In this document: positions 31,229-42,511 of the stretch, piece by piece
Layout: the number at the start of each line of letters is the position of its first letter
Numbering within the stretch: the first letter of the stretch is position 1
Assembly (NCBI GenBank): GCA_025603075.1
Contig: MU626389.1
Location: forward strand, 1 to 57,868
Direction: 5' to 3'
DNA: 57,868 bases
Source of the DNA: Neoconidiobolus thromboides FSU 785
Taxonomy: Eukaryota > Fungi > Entomophthoromycota
Notes under the pieces: generated by a model
Seen by the model: only the letters and a program-made list of their open reading frames with translations
Databases searched by the model: none
What the model was told of the DNA's origin: nothing
Translations under genes and position numbers: made by a program

Positions 31229-31336
31229 ATATGGGGCTGTTTTTTTTTAGTTTCATTATTTTTCCATCTTTTAAGCGCTATTTAAGTGGAAAAATTGTCA
31301 GTAAAATTCTTAAATACAAAAATACATCCCCATATA
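31229..31336 (+). mobile_element. MITE family A copy
   Basis: ATATGGGGCTGTTTT...TTAAGCGCTATTTAAGTGGAAAAATTGTCAGTAAAATTCTT...AAAATACATCCCCATATA. Confidence 0.85.
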
Positions 31337-31446
31337 TCAAAAACCTTTTACTATAAGATCTACCATATAATTGAATTTATTTAAAGTATTAAAATCAGTA
31401 AAATAGATTTATTGTATTTTATTTAAACATCTTACTATAAAACAAC

Positions 31447-31547
31447 ATATGGGGGATGTTTTTTTCCATTACTTTTTCCATTTTTTTTAAAGCGCTATTT
31501 AAGTGAGAAGATTGTTACTAAAATTCTTTAAAAAAAGTCCCCTATAT
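31447..31547 (+). mobile_element. MITE family A copy
   Basis: ATATGGGGGATGTTTT...AAGCGCTATTTAAGTGAGAAGATTGTTACTAAAATTCTT...GTCCCCTATA. Confidence 0.85.
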
Positions 31548-31749
31548 TTTATCTTTTAGATTTCATGAAAATAACTACACTTCTTTATTAATTGAGGTAT
31601 AAGTCGAAAAAAGCAAAATGTTATTACTTAAAATACCAATGGAGAGAAAGACTAAAACCATAGAGGAAAATGCTTCAGCTATATAATCTACTGGCTTATA
31701 AATTAGTTTGTAGATAGCTTCAGCGAACTGAAGTAGAAATGCTAAGAAC

Positions 31750-31855
31750 ATAGGGATGTATTGTTGTATTTAATAATTTTCCTAACAATTTTTCCGCTCA
31801 AATGGGGCCTAAAAAACGGAAAAAACAATGAATCCAAAAAAAATACCCCCATATA
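31750..31855 (-). mobile_element. MITE family A copy inserted in the GPCR pseudogene
   Basis: Reverse-orientation match to the consensus. Removing it with one TA rejoins the frame (..HSVS-I-FLAFLL..). One TSD copy reads TG on the minus strand. Confidence 0.8.
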
Positions 31856-31923
31856 GATACTGAATGCATGATTAATCCACAATATAGCTTGATTTTCGCT
31901 GATCTATAGGTATTAAGAACCAC

Positions 31924-32029
31924 TATACGGGGATGTATTTTTGTATTTAAGAGCTTTACTAACAATTTTTCCACTTAAATAGCGCTTAAAGGATGGAAAA
32001 GTAATAAAGTCAAAAAAACATCCCCATAT
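31924..32029 (-). mobile_element. MITE family A copy inserted in the GPCR pseudogene
   Basis: Reverse-orientation match, TA on both sides. Removing it with one TA rejoins the frame (..SGQED-I-VVLNTYR..). Confidence 0.85.
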
Positions 32030-34536
32030 CTTCCTGTCCGCTCAACTCTTCTTGCTCAACTAATCAAAAAGCTTGATTTACTTTATCTATTAATTTGAAA
32101 GAGTATATTGCAGATACAATTAAAGGCGCAATTGAACTTGTAGTACTACAAATAAAAGCTACATTAGATAAAGTGAAATATGGCACTACTAATAAACATG
32201 TTATTTTTGAATCGCCTGGAATCATATACTTTAGCCCTGAACTAGCGAGCAATAAACTCATAACAAAAAACAATTCATAAGTAAAAGTAGAGGCATATAA
32301 TTTCTTAACTTAGGTCTGATAATAAAAGCATATATATCTAAAGCTAAGAAGGTGCCTAAGCTAAACTTTGAGAAATAAACCTTAAAATTGATAAATCCAA
32401 TAGTTTAACAAGCAGTAGCATCTTCAATGATGTTTTTTTAGCGATGACTCCATACGCAATCCTAAAAGTATAGCCAATACTAAATAGGTATTCCAGCAAC
32501 CCAATAATGCCCAATGAAACAACACCCCTTTTATTTTTGATTTCTAGAGCAAAAAAAATTAGTAGGGTATTTTAACTAATGTTGTCATAGAAAATATTGA
32601 AAATATATAAAACGCATAGATCGCCATTCCTTTAAAAGAATCAAAGGCTGGTATATAGCATTCGACTTTTAATTTTATAGCTCCTTCCTTTTTAATGTTT
32701 TTCAAGGTTACATAAACATTAATTGCCTTATTTTATTAGATATAATTGATTTGTATTAATTGTTGTTTAAGATATTGAATAAACTGGAATAACATAGCAT
32801 GTATTTTTATTTTTATAACATTAGTGTTATAGCCTTTTCTTTCCTCAGCACATAAAAAAGTTTCAATAGAGGCTGTATGTATGTTATAATTTTATTAACT
32901 GTACTAAGATTACTTTGTATGTGCTTAATCAATTCGATTTATCAATTAAATTAATGTGTTTTTCATCCATAATTTACTATTAATTAAGCTTGAAGCTGTT
33001 ATTTTGAGGAGCTGGCCACAATCAAATGAACAAAATGACTTATGGTAATATTTATTCAATAACTAGCTATTTCCCCTTATTTTTATATTTTGTAACCGTA
33101 TAAGTACTCGATTTAGTCATGTTGACTTTCAGCTAGCCTTTTTTTTCTACCTTTTTGGCTACTAGTTCTCCTAATATTTATGCCTTCTATAGTTTTAAAT
33201 ATAGAATATTAAAACTATTATTTACTATCGCTAATGAAAATGAAATAAAAATACAGTTTAATGATAAAGTTGGTGACTTTGATTATTTTTAAGAAATGTA
33301 AGTTAATAATTTTATCATTCTTTTGTGTAAAGGTAAAACATCAAATATGAAAAGGTCATTTATTAAACACCAATACTCTTTAGGTTCCTTTAAATCAATC
33401 TAACTATATAAAAATCAAAGATCGAGTTAAGTTGTGAAAGAATTGACATGTATTGCGTAGAGATATATGACAACTAAAAAGCAGTTATTAAATTATTCTA
33501 CACCTTAGACTTTTTTATAATCAAAAGGCTATTAAGTATTGGCCTTGGTTTCTCACCTTAAATAAGATTAGTGTTTTTTGTTAAATTGCCTTTTTAGTAT
33601 TGTAATTGACGACAGATGGGTTGAAGGTAACAGTAAGAACATTTAGTGATTTAAACATCAATTGACCAAGATATAAAAATAAGTTGGGACCACTGCTTAT
33701 TCTATTGAAAGCTATTAACTTAGTTACTCGTTTAGGTATTTGGTATTACATAAAGTGCTTAGCATGACTAGCAAACTTAAAGCCTTCGATATAATTTTTG
33801 AACATTATCAAGTTTTATTTGTATGGCTTAGAAGAATCTAGTATGATATAAAAGTATATCATAAACCTAATAAAAGTATTGGCTGGATTTTTTATAGGAA
33901 TCAACCGCTTGGTTGGGGATCTAGCCCTATTTTTATAGCCATGATATGTGTAACGCTTTACTGAAATAAAATAACATGTTTCATTTTGTAGTTGTAATCT
34001 ATTAAATTTACCTGAGATCTCCTATATTGACTCTTCTACTGTGATTCATTTTTCTCATTTTTTATTATTTATTTTTTATTTTTTATTTTTTATTTATTGT
34101 TTTTTGTTTTTTATCTCAAGACTTTATATTGAATTTTATATAATCATAAAACGTATTCCTTTAACTTGTATCCATAATTGTTATTGTGGTTTAATATAAT
34201 ATAACTCATTTATTGATATTAAAGTTAATAACTATAATATATAAAATCAAAATCGATTTCATTGTTTAATATGAAAACATATTGTTAGTATCGATAATTA
34301 TGTTTCAAAGATACTTTTGAATCATTTTAATAAGCTACTAAATATAATATAATAGGCCCTTAATTTTTTGATTAATAAACAAAGTGAATTTTAGTAACAA
34401 ACTCAATGCTAGTTGAATTGATTTTGATATAAAACAAAATCGCGTATTTTAACAAAAAGATGATGAAATATTCTTGAAATGGAAAGCTTTTAAAAAAGTA
34501 TTTAAAGTTGATAATAGCTATTATATTTCAATAAAG

Positions 34537-36211
34537 ATGTTTTCAAGAATTATTTTAGCAAAATTCAAAGTGCTTCCAGCACATAAATTAATAGGCAATC
34601 ACAGTACATTAATTAACTTATTATAAAAATTGCTTGACTAATTATCTGACTCTAGCTTTTTGCACCAGCTCAAAGTTGGGGGAAATAGCATTGAAGTGTA
34701 TGGAATTCCCTTGTATTGATAAGTTAGAAGAAAGAAATCGCTCTTTTAATAACGGGCCCGAGCCAGAGTATGATAAAGTAGTTAGCGGGTATAAGCTATT
34801 TAAATATGAAAACCAATTTGAAATGGATTATGGTACTTTACCCAGGTTTCAGCTAGCTTATGAAACGTGGGGTCAACTAAATGAAAACAAAGATAACGCT
34901 ATATTAATACATACTGGGTTATCCGGGTCGTCCCATGCTAAATCTCACGAAAACAACTTAAATCCTGGATGGTGGGAAAAATTTATAGGTAAATAAAAGG
35001 AAATAGTCAGAGTAATTTTTTAACAGTATTTAATTAGGACCTGGTCTATCCATTGATACCAATAAATTTTTTGTTGTATGTACTAATGTATTAGGTGGGT
35101 GCTATGGCTCAACAGGCCCATCGAGTATTGATGATACGATTGAAAATAATACTCAGAATAAAAAATATGGTTCAAAGTTCCCTATATTAACTATATTTGA
35201 CATGGTACGCGCTCAGTTTAAATTATTGGACCATTTAGGTATTCAAAGATTACATGCTTCTATAGGCTCGAGTATGGGTGGGATGCAAGTAAGGATTTCG
35301 ATAGTATTTTATTAATATTTTATTAATATTTTTTGTTAGTCTTTAGCTGCTGCTATACTGTTTAGAGATAGGGTAAATAGAATTGTATCTATTTCGTCTT
35401 GTGCAAAGTCACACCCTTATTCAATAGCTTTAAGGCATGTACAAAGACAAGGTAGTTCAATCAGTCTATTTTATTAACTTAATCTGATAGTTTAACTAGT
35501 ATTAATGACGGACCCAAATTACAATAAAGGAGATTATTATGGTAAAGCACCGCCCCATGTAGGGATGAAGTTAGCTAGAGAAATAGCTACAATTACGTAA
35601 GTTTTTTTTAACTTACTATAATAACTATAATCTAACAAGTTAGCTACCGCTCTGGTCCAGAATGGGAAAAAAGATTTGGATTGCAAAGACAAGATGAAAG
35701 TGTGCCACCGGCCTTATGTCCCGATTTTTTAATCGAAACTTATTTAGACCATCAAGTAAGAATGATTTGATATTAATTCAGCTATTAATATAGTAATTTT
35801 TTATAGGGAGAGAAATTTTGTTTAAATTATGATGCTAATTCCTTATTATATATCAGTAAAGCAATGGATATGTTTGATTTGAGCTTAAGCAATTTAAAAA
35901 AACTGAATGTAACAAAGCAACATTTAAGTGAAGAATTTAAGCGTATGGCAATAACTCAAGACAATGATTTAGAATTAGGCTTAAAAATAATAGCTGATAA
36001 ACCTATCTTAGTTTTAGGAGTACAATCAGATATCTTGTTTCCAAGCTGGCAACAAAAAGAGATAGCTTCAAAATTAAAAAAGCACTCCAAGCACGTCCAT
36101 TATTTCGAATTAGATGCTGAGTATGGTCATGATACTTTCTTAATTGATTTGAACAATGTAGGACCCCCATTAAAAGGATTATTAGAACAGAACAGAGAAT
36201 CATTTAAATAA
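34537..36211 (+). CDS. MetX/Met2-fold acyltransferase of the Cys2 (serine O-succinyl/acetyltransferase) subfamily, probable mitochondrial presequence, multi-exon
   Basis: [54 protein letters not shown] (nucleophile), [45 protein letters not shown]-terminus [11 protein letters not shown]. Confidence 0.85.
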
Positions 36212-36213
36212 AA

Positions 36214-37493
36214 TTAAACACTTTTTTCTTTTATTTTTGATAACAAATCGTCTCCTTTCTCTTGTTTAGTAGCTAATAGGAAACCATAATGCTCCGCTAA
36301 CAACATCCATTCTTCCACCTCATCCAATCTTTCAATCTTATTTAAATGCTCTAAAACTTGTTCATTTAATAAATTTCTTTCAATATTCCATACAGTACTA
36401 AATGATACACTTAAAAATCCTAAGCTGAGATATCTATTTTTTTGGCTTCTTAGATTAGAATAGAGTTGGGTCCCTTTTAATTTTATTCCTCTACGCTATA
36501 TGTCATCATTAAAATTACTAAAGTCATTTATATTATTTGATAAAAAATTACATTTAAATTGTTAACCATCATTTGTGAGAATGGGTCTTTATCCAAACTA
36601 GGCTCATAGCTTAATAGAGTTATTTGGTTCAATTCACTTAATAAATATCGAAACATGTTATCCACTAATTCAGGTTCAACATAAACAAGAACGCATTCAG
36701 CTAAGATAAGAGTAGGTAGACTAGGCATATTAGTAAATTAAAATTAATATATAATTAAAATTACTTTTTGTTAAAGTTGTATTTCAATAAGTTTGGGTAA
36801 ATCTCTTCTTTAAATTTTCTTAAATCTCCAGATATAATAACATAATTATCACTACTTAAATTATTCTTATTATGGCCTTCAATTTGAATATAAATATATA
36901 TATTAGTTGATTATATTAAACATTACTTAGTATAATTTCCCCATTTAACTGCTTTTTCAAATCTTCATTTTTACAAACCTTATTGATTTTACTAACTGTA
37001 ATATCCTCAAAATCGACTTCGAAATATTTAAAGTTAATTTCCAACTTATCAAATTCTTCCTAAAAAATAATAAGAGCCTTATATATTTAATCATCTAGTG
37101 CTATAGCCTCTACCTTTATATAAAAATATCGTGTATCCATTCCAGCTCCTAAACTAAGTATTTGTAATTCTTGATTACTTTGCTTACATTTACTTGCTTC
37201 TTCTAAAACAATATGATCGATGGTAAAAGACCTTATAAACGTTCCTTTATTATTAATTATCAGCAATTACTTCCATAAACTAATTATCCTAACTACCTCG
37301 ATTTATCATTGGTGGTTTAATTTCTGTTGGTTCAATATAAAGGTATTTGATATATTCATCCTTTAAATATCCCTTTTTAACTGCCGACCTAATTAAATTG
37401 TGAGTTCAGTATAGTGTGTCTTATTCAATATTCATACCATCTGCTGCTTAAGGCGTCTTTACATGTCTCTTTAACGGGTTGATCTAAATCCAT
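36214..37493 (-). CDS. PPM1: Leucine carboxyl methyltransferase 1 (PP2A methyltransferase), multi-exon
   Basis: DALSSRWSAVKKGYLKD, PPMINRG, QILSLGAGMDTR, YFEVDF, PTLILAECVLVY, DPFSQMMVNNL, DEVEEWMLLAEHY. Confidence 0.88.
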
Positions 37494-37665
37494 TTAATTA
37501 TTGTTAAGTAAAGCCAATTTTATTGAAATTTTGTATTTTGATATTCAAAACTTTACGTCATTTTTGGTTTATAGCTCTTAACTTTTATAAATGTATCATT
37601 TTATAGATATTTTTTGTTCCAGTATTTTATTCATTTTCTAAAGAACAAAACTGAATTAAATCTTT

Positions 37666-37768
37666 AAATGTGAAAGTCTTTTTTGTTTAAGATTTTTAAT
37701 GATAAGTTTTCTACTTGGCTGCGCTTGAAAGTAGAAAAACAAATGAAACTAAAAAACACTTTCAAATC
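37666..37768 (-). mobile_element. MITE family A, degenerate copy between PPM1 and the ABC-F gene
   Basis: TTTTTTGTTTAAGATTTTT...GCGCTTGAAA..GAAAAA..ATGAAACTAAAAAACA matches the reverse consensus; the GGGG/CCCC termini are decayed. Confidence 0.6.
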
Positions 37769-38095
37769 ATAGTTTTTAAACAGCATTCTCATTTTTAACT
37801 CACCTTGAAAAATGTCATAACTTAACAATAAATCAAAATGATAATAATGATAAACAATAGTTTGTTAAATGACTTATCAAATGTTATAGACAGTAGTAAT
37901 AGCTTAATGACTTTACAATAAACTAATAATAGAATTTATGATTTAGTACCTATTCTTCAACAAATGCATTTTAACCTTTCGCAGCATCATTTGATCTACG
38001 CAGTTTAAGCTTTTTGGTTTCAATTTGAGTATAAATAAAAAAATGAATTACGGAGTTAGTCAGTATTAAAAAATAAAAATTTAATAAAAATAGTC

Positions 38096-40447
38096 ATGCC
38101 AAGTGAATATCAAGTAATTTGAATGAAAATATGTCTATATCAAGTATTAATGATATGATTTATTAGCCTTTGTGGCAAAAAGCCAGCATGCTGCCATTAG
38201 CTGATAAGAAAAAGGAGAAAGAAAAAGGAAGCTCAAAGTTGAAAGAGCGAGCAAGACTCCGAAAAGAAGCTAAAGAACTAAAAGACAGTGGTTCTCAGTC
38301 CGAATCAGATACCAAAGATGTTGATTCTATAAAAAATAAATTAGCTCAGTTAAATATTGAGGGCGAAGCAAACGAACCAAAAATTGTGGCGACATCTCAG
38401 GTTTCTAGATTTCACTCAGCAACTATTGAAACTTTGGCTAAAGAGGTAGCTAGTCATAATAAACTCAACTTTATTCTTGCTAATTAAATGATTAGATTGA
38501 TTTAAAAGATGTGAATATTACCATCAATGATAAAGAAATCTTAGTTGACGCCAAACTTTTAATTAAAGGGGGCGTAAGATATGGTATGATTGGCCGCAAT
38601 GGGGTCGGCAAATCAACTTTGTTCAAGGTTTTAAGTGAAGATACCTTAATCGGATTACCTACAAATCTTCGAATTTTAGCCATTCAACAAGAGTTTGACA
38701 GCGGTATTACTACTACGGTTATTGATGCTGTATTGGAAGCAGATAAAGAAGCTGTTCGTATTTTAAAAGAAGCTGAGAGTAAAAAATTTTGGACTTTTAT
38801 TTCAACCAACTAATTTTATATATAGTTTTAAATAACATGGGTGGGAAATCAAACAGTTTGTTTAATGAATCTGAGATAAATACACAAGTCCTTCAAACAA
38901 TCGGAAAGTTACTCTCGGATAGGGCTTATGACAATATGATTGCTTTACAAAAGATAGCTACACATAGAAGCGGTATGAGAGGTAAAGATGCGAGATTTGC
39001 TGCACTAGCTGCAGAAAAAGAATATAAAAAGAGCGTTGATTTATTATCTTCAGATCATATTGATGAACTCAGATCAAAAATAACTAGTGATGTCATTAAT
39101 GGTATCATATCTGAGGTATTTGGAAAGCTTTCTTTAATTGATATTGAGTCTTCAAAAGCAAAAGCACAAGTCATTCTTAAAGGTTTGGGATTTAGTGAAA
39201 AAATGATAATAGGTCCACTATCTTCCTTATCAGGTGGATGGCGTATGAGAGTTGCATTGGCTAAAGCATTGTTTTTTGAACCAGATGTTTTACTTCTGGA
39301 TGAACCTACCAATCATTTAGATTTACCAGCAATTAATTGGTTAAAAACTTATTTGGTTGAAGAGTTCAATCCAGATTCAAGTGTAGTTGTAATTTCACAC
39401 GACCGTTCCTTTTTAAATGCGGTCGCACAAGAAATTATTAAACTTAGAGATCAAAAGCTTACTTACTATAAAGGAAATTATGATTCATATGAAGAAGCAA
39501 CGGAAGACTTACGTAAAAAGAAAGAAAGGATGCATGCCTCAATTGAAAAAAGGAAAAAGCATATGGAAGCTTCAATTCAAAAAGCAGTTGCTCATGCAAA
39601 GTCTTCTGGTGATGATAAACGTTTAGGAATGGTTGCCTCTCGTAAAATAAGATTAGAAAAGATGGGGATGCTCAAAACAGAAGATGGCAAAAGATTTAAA
39701 CAGTCTAACCGCCCTGGATATCATATTGACTATAAGCCTCAAGTTGTACTTGATAAACCAGAAGAGACAGTGACATTGTCAATACCAGATCCAGATCCAT
39801 TGCGTAATTCAGGAGCATTAGTGAAACTAGATAATGTATCGTATAAATACGATGCCAAATCACCTTTTATTGTTGAGAATATGACCCTTAACGTTGAACT
39901 TCATTCTAGAATTGCCTTGTTTGGCACTAATGGATCTGGCAAATCAACCGTAATGGGTTTAATCCAAGGCGAACTTAAGCCATCAAAAGGTAAAGTGGAA
40001 CATCATTCGACTGCACAAGTTGGCTATTTTTCGCAACATCAAGTAGAATCACTTTCCGAACAACCAGATACAGTAACTGCAGTATCCCTTTTAATGGAAA
40101 ACCATCCAGGTTTAATTGAATCAGAAGCTAGAACTTGGTTAGGCTCATATGGTCTTGGAGGAAAAGTGGCTGTTGCTCCGATTGCTAAGTTAAGTGGAGG
40201 ACAAAAAGTTAGATTTGCTTTGGTAGACATTTTACTTGAAGGTCCTCATCTTTTATTGCTTGATGAAGTTACGAACCATTTAGATATTCAAACCATCGAA
40301 GCCCTAATCATGGCAATTAATCAATTTGAAGGTGGTGTTGTACTTATTTCTCATGACCAATGGTTTTTAAAATCAGTTGCTAGTGATTTTTATACCGTTA
40401 AGAAAGGGAGGCTGATATCTGTTGATTTTGACAAGATTTCAAAATGA
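38096..40447 (+). CDS. ABC-F family soluble ATPase (two ABC domains, no TM domains)
   Basis: GRNGVGKST; LSGGWRMRVALAKALF..PDVLLLDEPTNHLD; GTNGSGKST; LSGGQKVR..LLLDEVTNHLD. The 5' exon and start at 38096 are tentative. Confidence 0.85.
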
Positions 40448-40939
40448 TTAAGCTATAAATAAAAGTAAAATAAACTATATCACTTTTTGTATAGAGTAAA
40501 AATGAAAAACCTAAAGTAGAATTCCTTAATTTATTTCATTATATAAATCTACTTATTTAAAAAATATAATCATATTATGCTTGGGGATCCACTTTCAATA
40601 GTTTCTTGCCAAACGCTATAGTATGCCTTCACTAAACAAAATATATCTATTGTCTAATTTTAGAATAGGTTGATTAGCCTATCCTACCATCATAAATTAT
40701 CATTGAATCCGTTACGGTTTATAACGTTGTGTCTATCACACTAGTTTTTATTTAAATGCTTTATATTCGTTTATCCTGCTCTACTTCATCAGATAATGAT
40801 ATTCCAAAATTTACTTATCGGTTTCTGCGCTATAATACTATTTATAAATAATAAAAATAGTGGATATAGCGTTGTTTTAAATAATAGTTATAAAATTATA
40901 ATAATTACAATATTATAACTTTATTTCGCAGAGTAGAAC

Positions 40940-42511
40940 TTAAACATCGTAATCTTTATTAAATCGACTCATAGCTTTAATAAGCTTAAGATATTGATTT
41001 GATTTATAATTATAATAAGGCTTTAAGCTAAGTTTATATAAATAATTGATAGCTTGATTTAATTTTTGTTGCACTCCTATAAATTCTTTCTTTTCACCAA
41101 ATAAGCTTAAAAATAAAACACTAGTGCTTAAAATCGTAAGTTCAAGTTGTGATATAGTAAAATTAGTGATTTGAGTGCAGCACTCAATAAGATTAAAACA
41201 TTCTACTAAAGCTATGGTAATATCTTGATATAACAAAGTATTAATATTCAATTTATTTATATTGAACTTGATCCCAAGCTGTACATGATTTTCTTCAGAT
41301 ATAAATTTGGGCGAAATATTCGTTGTGAATAATATGAAGCGATAATAATGATATAAAATACTTGCTTTTTTAAAGTGGAGACTTAAATAAGCTCTATCTG
41401 ATTGCTTAAAAACATTTGGGTATTGATTCACGTATTCTACAAATTTCTTATACTCTTTTTGTATGTTTTCTAAAATCCGCGCTGTATTCTTTATTGTCTG
41501 TTTGATATAATCTGTTGTTTCGGTAATTATATCATTCTTTATGTAACATAGTACCAATAGAACTTGATTGTATTCAGACTCCATAAATAAAACTTTACGT
41601 TTAATTATACTTTTGCTTGGTATGGCACAGCTGGTTTGTATAAATTCGGTAGAAAAATTAGATCGATCGTTCAAAACATTTTGATGCCTATTAGGGATGT
41701 TTAAAAACCCCAGTTTATTAAAGGTGGAATAGAGGTATTTTCTATATAATTCTTTGTGTGCCAATTCTCTTTCGTTTACCAGTGATTTGTTTTTAGTGAA
41801 ATAAATTACATCTAACCCTAACGCTCCAGCCAGCCGTACCATATGCTGTAGTAAACTAGAAGCGAATCGATGGGTCCATGTAAATGACTGAAGTCCATCT
41901 AATACTACTAATATGAGTTGTATAGTATCTAAATTTATTTTAAGATTAGATAGCTTAGATAAATGATTATATAATTTATGCTCTAAACTATTTAGCAATT
42001 GTTCTACTGGAAAGGAGGATGGAATCCACATCATACCACATGCATAAATGGCCATCTTTAATGCTGGAGATTTGGAGCTTAAATCAAACGCGTCTTTATT
42101 AAATAATCTCATGTTTTCATTGTTATATTTGAAGTAATTTTCAATTGATTCATTTTGAATATTTACAAGGATATCTGGGTCAATTTGAAGGCATGATGGG
42201 TTAGATGGTATTGAAAAATAATGTTTAGTAAAATCAAGGGAGTCTAGTAAGTTAAGTGTAACTCTAAAATTAGTAGTGGTATCTCCTTTATTATGCAATA
42301 ATGGATATAGTAGTAGGTCATTATTAATTAAAGGTGCTTGAGTAAGGTTTCCATCTTGACACAGTATTATAGTCTTGGCTTTCAAGATACTATATTCTGT
42401 TTTTTTTACTTGCTTTTGTTTTTTATTTTTCCGTTTCAGTGCTTTGTTAGTATTAATGTTTTTCATAAATGAGGTATCATTAATTTTAATAACCATTTCA
42501 AAGATACTCAT
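40940..42511 (-). CDS. Intronless 523-aa protein with a fungal transcription-factor middle-homology-region (Fungal_trans-like) domain and no Zn2Cys6 cluster
   Basis: Pattern IENYFKY..MRLF..LKMAIYACG..NLDTIQLILVV..MVRLAGALGLD..ER matches the MHR scaffold. The N-terminus has a basic KRKNKKQK tract but no Cys6 motif. Confidence 0.65.
   Translation of the reverse strand: MSIFEMVIKINDTSFMKNINTNKALKRKNKKQKQVKKTEYSILKAKTIILCQDGNLTQAPLINNDLLLYPLLHNKGDTTTNFRVTLNLLDSLDFTKHYFSIPSNPSCLQIDPDILVNIQNESIENYFKYNNENMRLFNKDAFDLSSKSPALKMAIYACGMMWIPSSFPVEQLLNSLEHKLYNHLSKLSNLKINLDTIQLILVVLDGLQSFTWTHRFASSLLQHMVRLAGALGLDVIYFTKNKSLVNERELAHKELYRKYLYSTFNKLGFLNIPNRHQNVLNDRSNFSTEFIQTSCAIPSKSIIKRKVLFMESEYNQVLLVLCYIKNDIITETTDYIKQTIKNTARILENIQKEYKKFVEYVNQYPNVFKQSDRAYLSLHFKKASILYHYYRFILFTTNISPKFISEENHVQLGIKFNINKLNINTLLYQDITIALVECFNLIECCTQITNFTISQLELTILSTSVLFLSLFGEKKEFIGVQQKLNQAINYLYKLSLKPYYNYKSNQYLKLIKAMSRFNKDYDV

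Larger units (their letters stand above)
31550..32720 (-). pseudogene. Class-A (rhodopsin-like) GPCR-like pseudogene interrupted by two MITE insertions
   Basis: Minus-strand relic shows hydrophobic TM1/TM2, ATAC*TIGF (TM3 Cys), SLGTFLALDIYAFIIRP (DRY-like, one base from DRY), ECL2 DSKITC, TM5, then TM6/TM7 segments between and after the MITEs. It contains stops and frameshifts. Confidence 0.7.

Noticed and set aside
31229-32029. Four similar ~100-bp repeats in 800 bp, considered as a CRISPR-like or tandem array
   Set aside because: Eukaryotic context, mixed orientation, repeats too long, and the 'spacers' are pieces of a GPCR pseudogene.
33300-34040. Minus-strand coding-like relic (..HIMAIKIGLDP.., ..LYLGQLMFKSLNVLT..), possibly another MHR-family or membrane-protein pseudogene
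   Set aside because: Too many stops, and no frame gives an alignment I can defend by eye.
34060-34115. (TTTTTA)n-like tract
   Set aside because: Ordinary low-complexity AT sequence.
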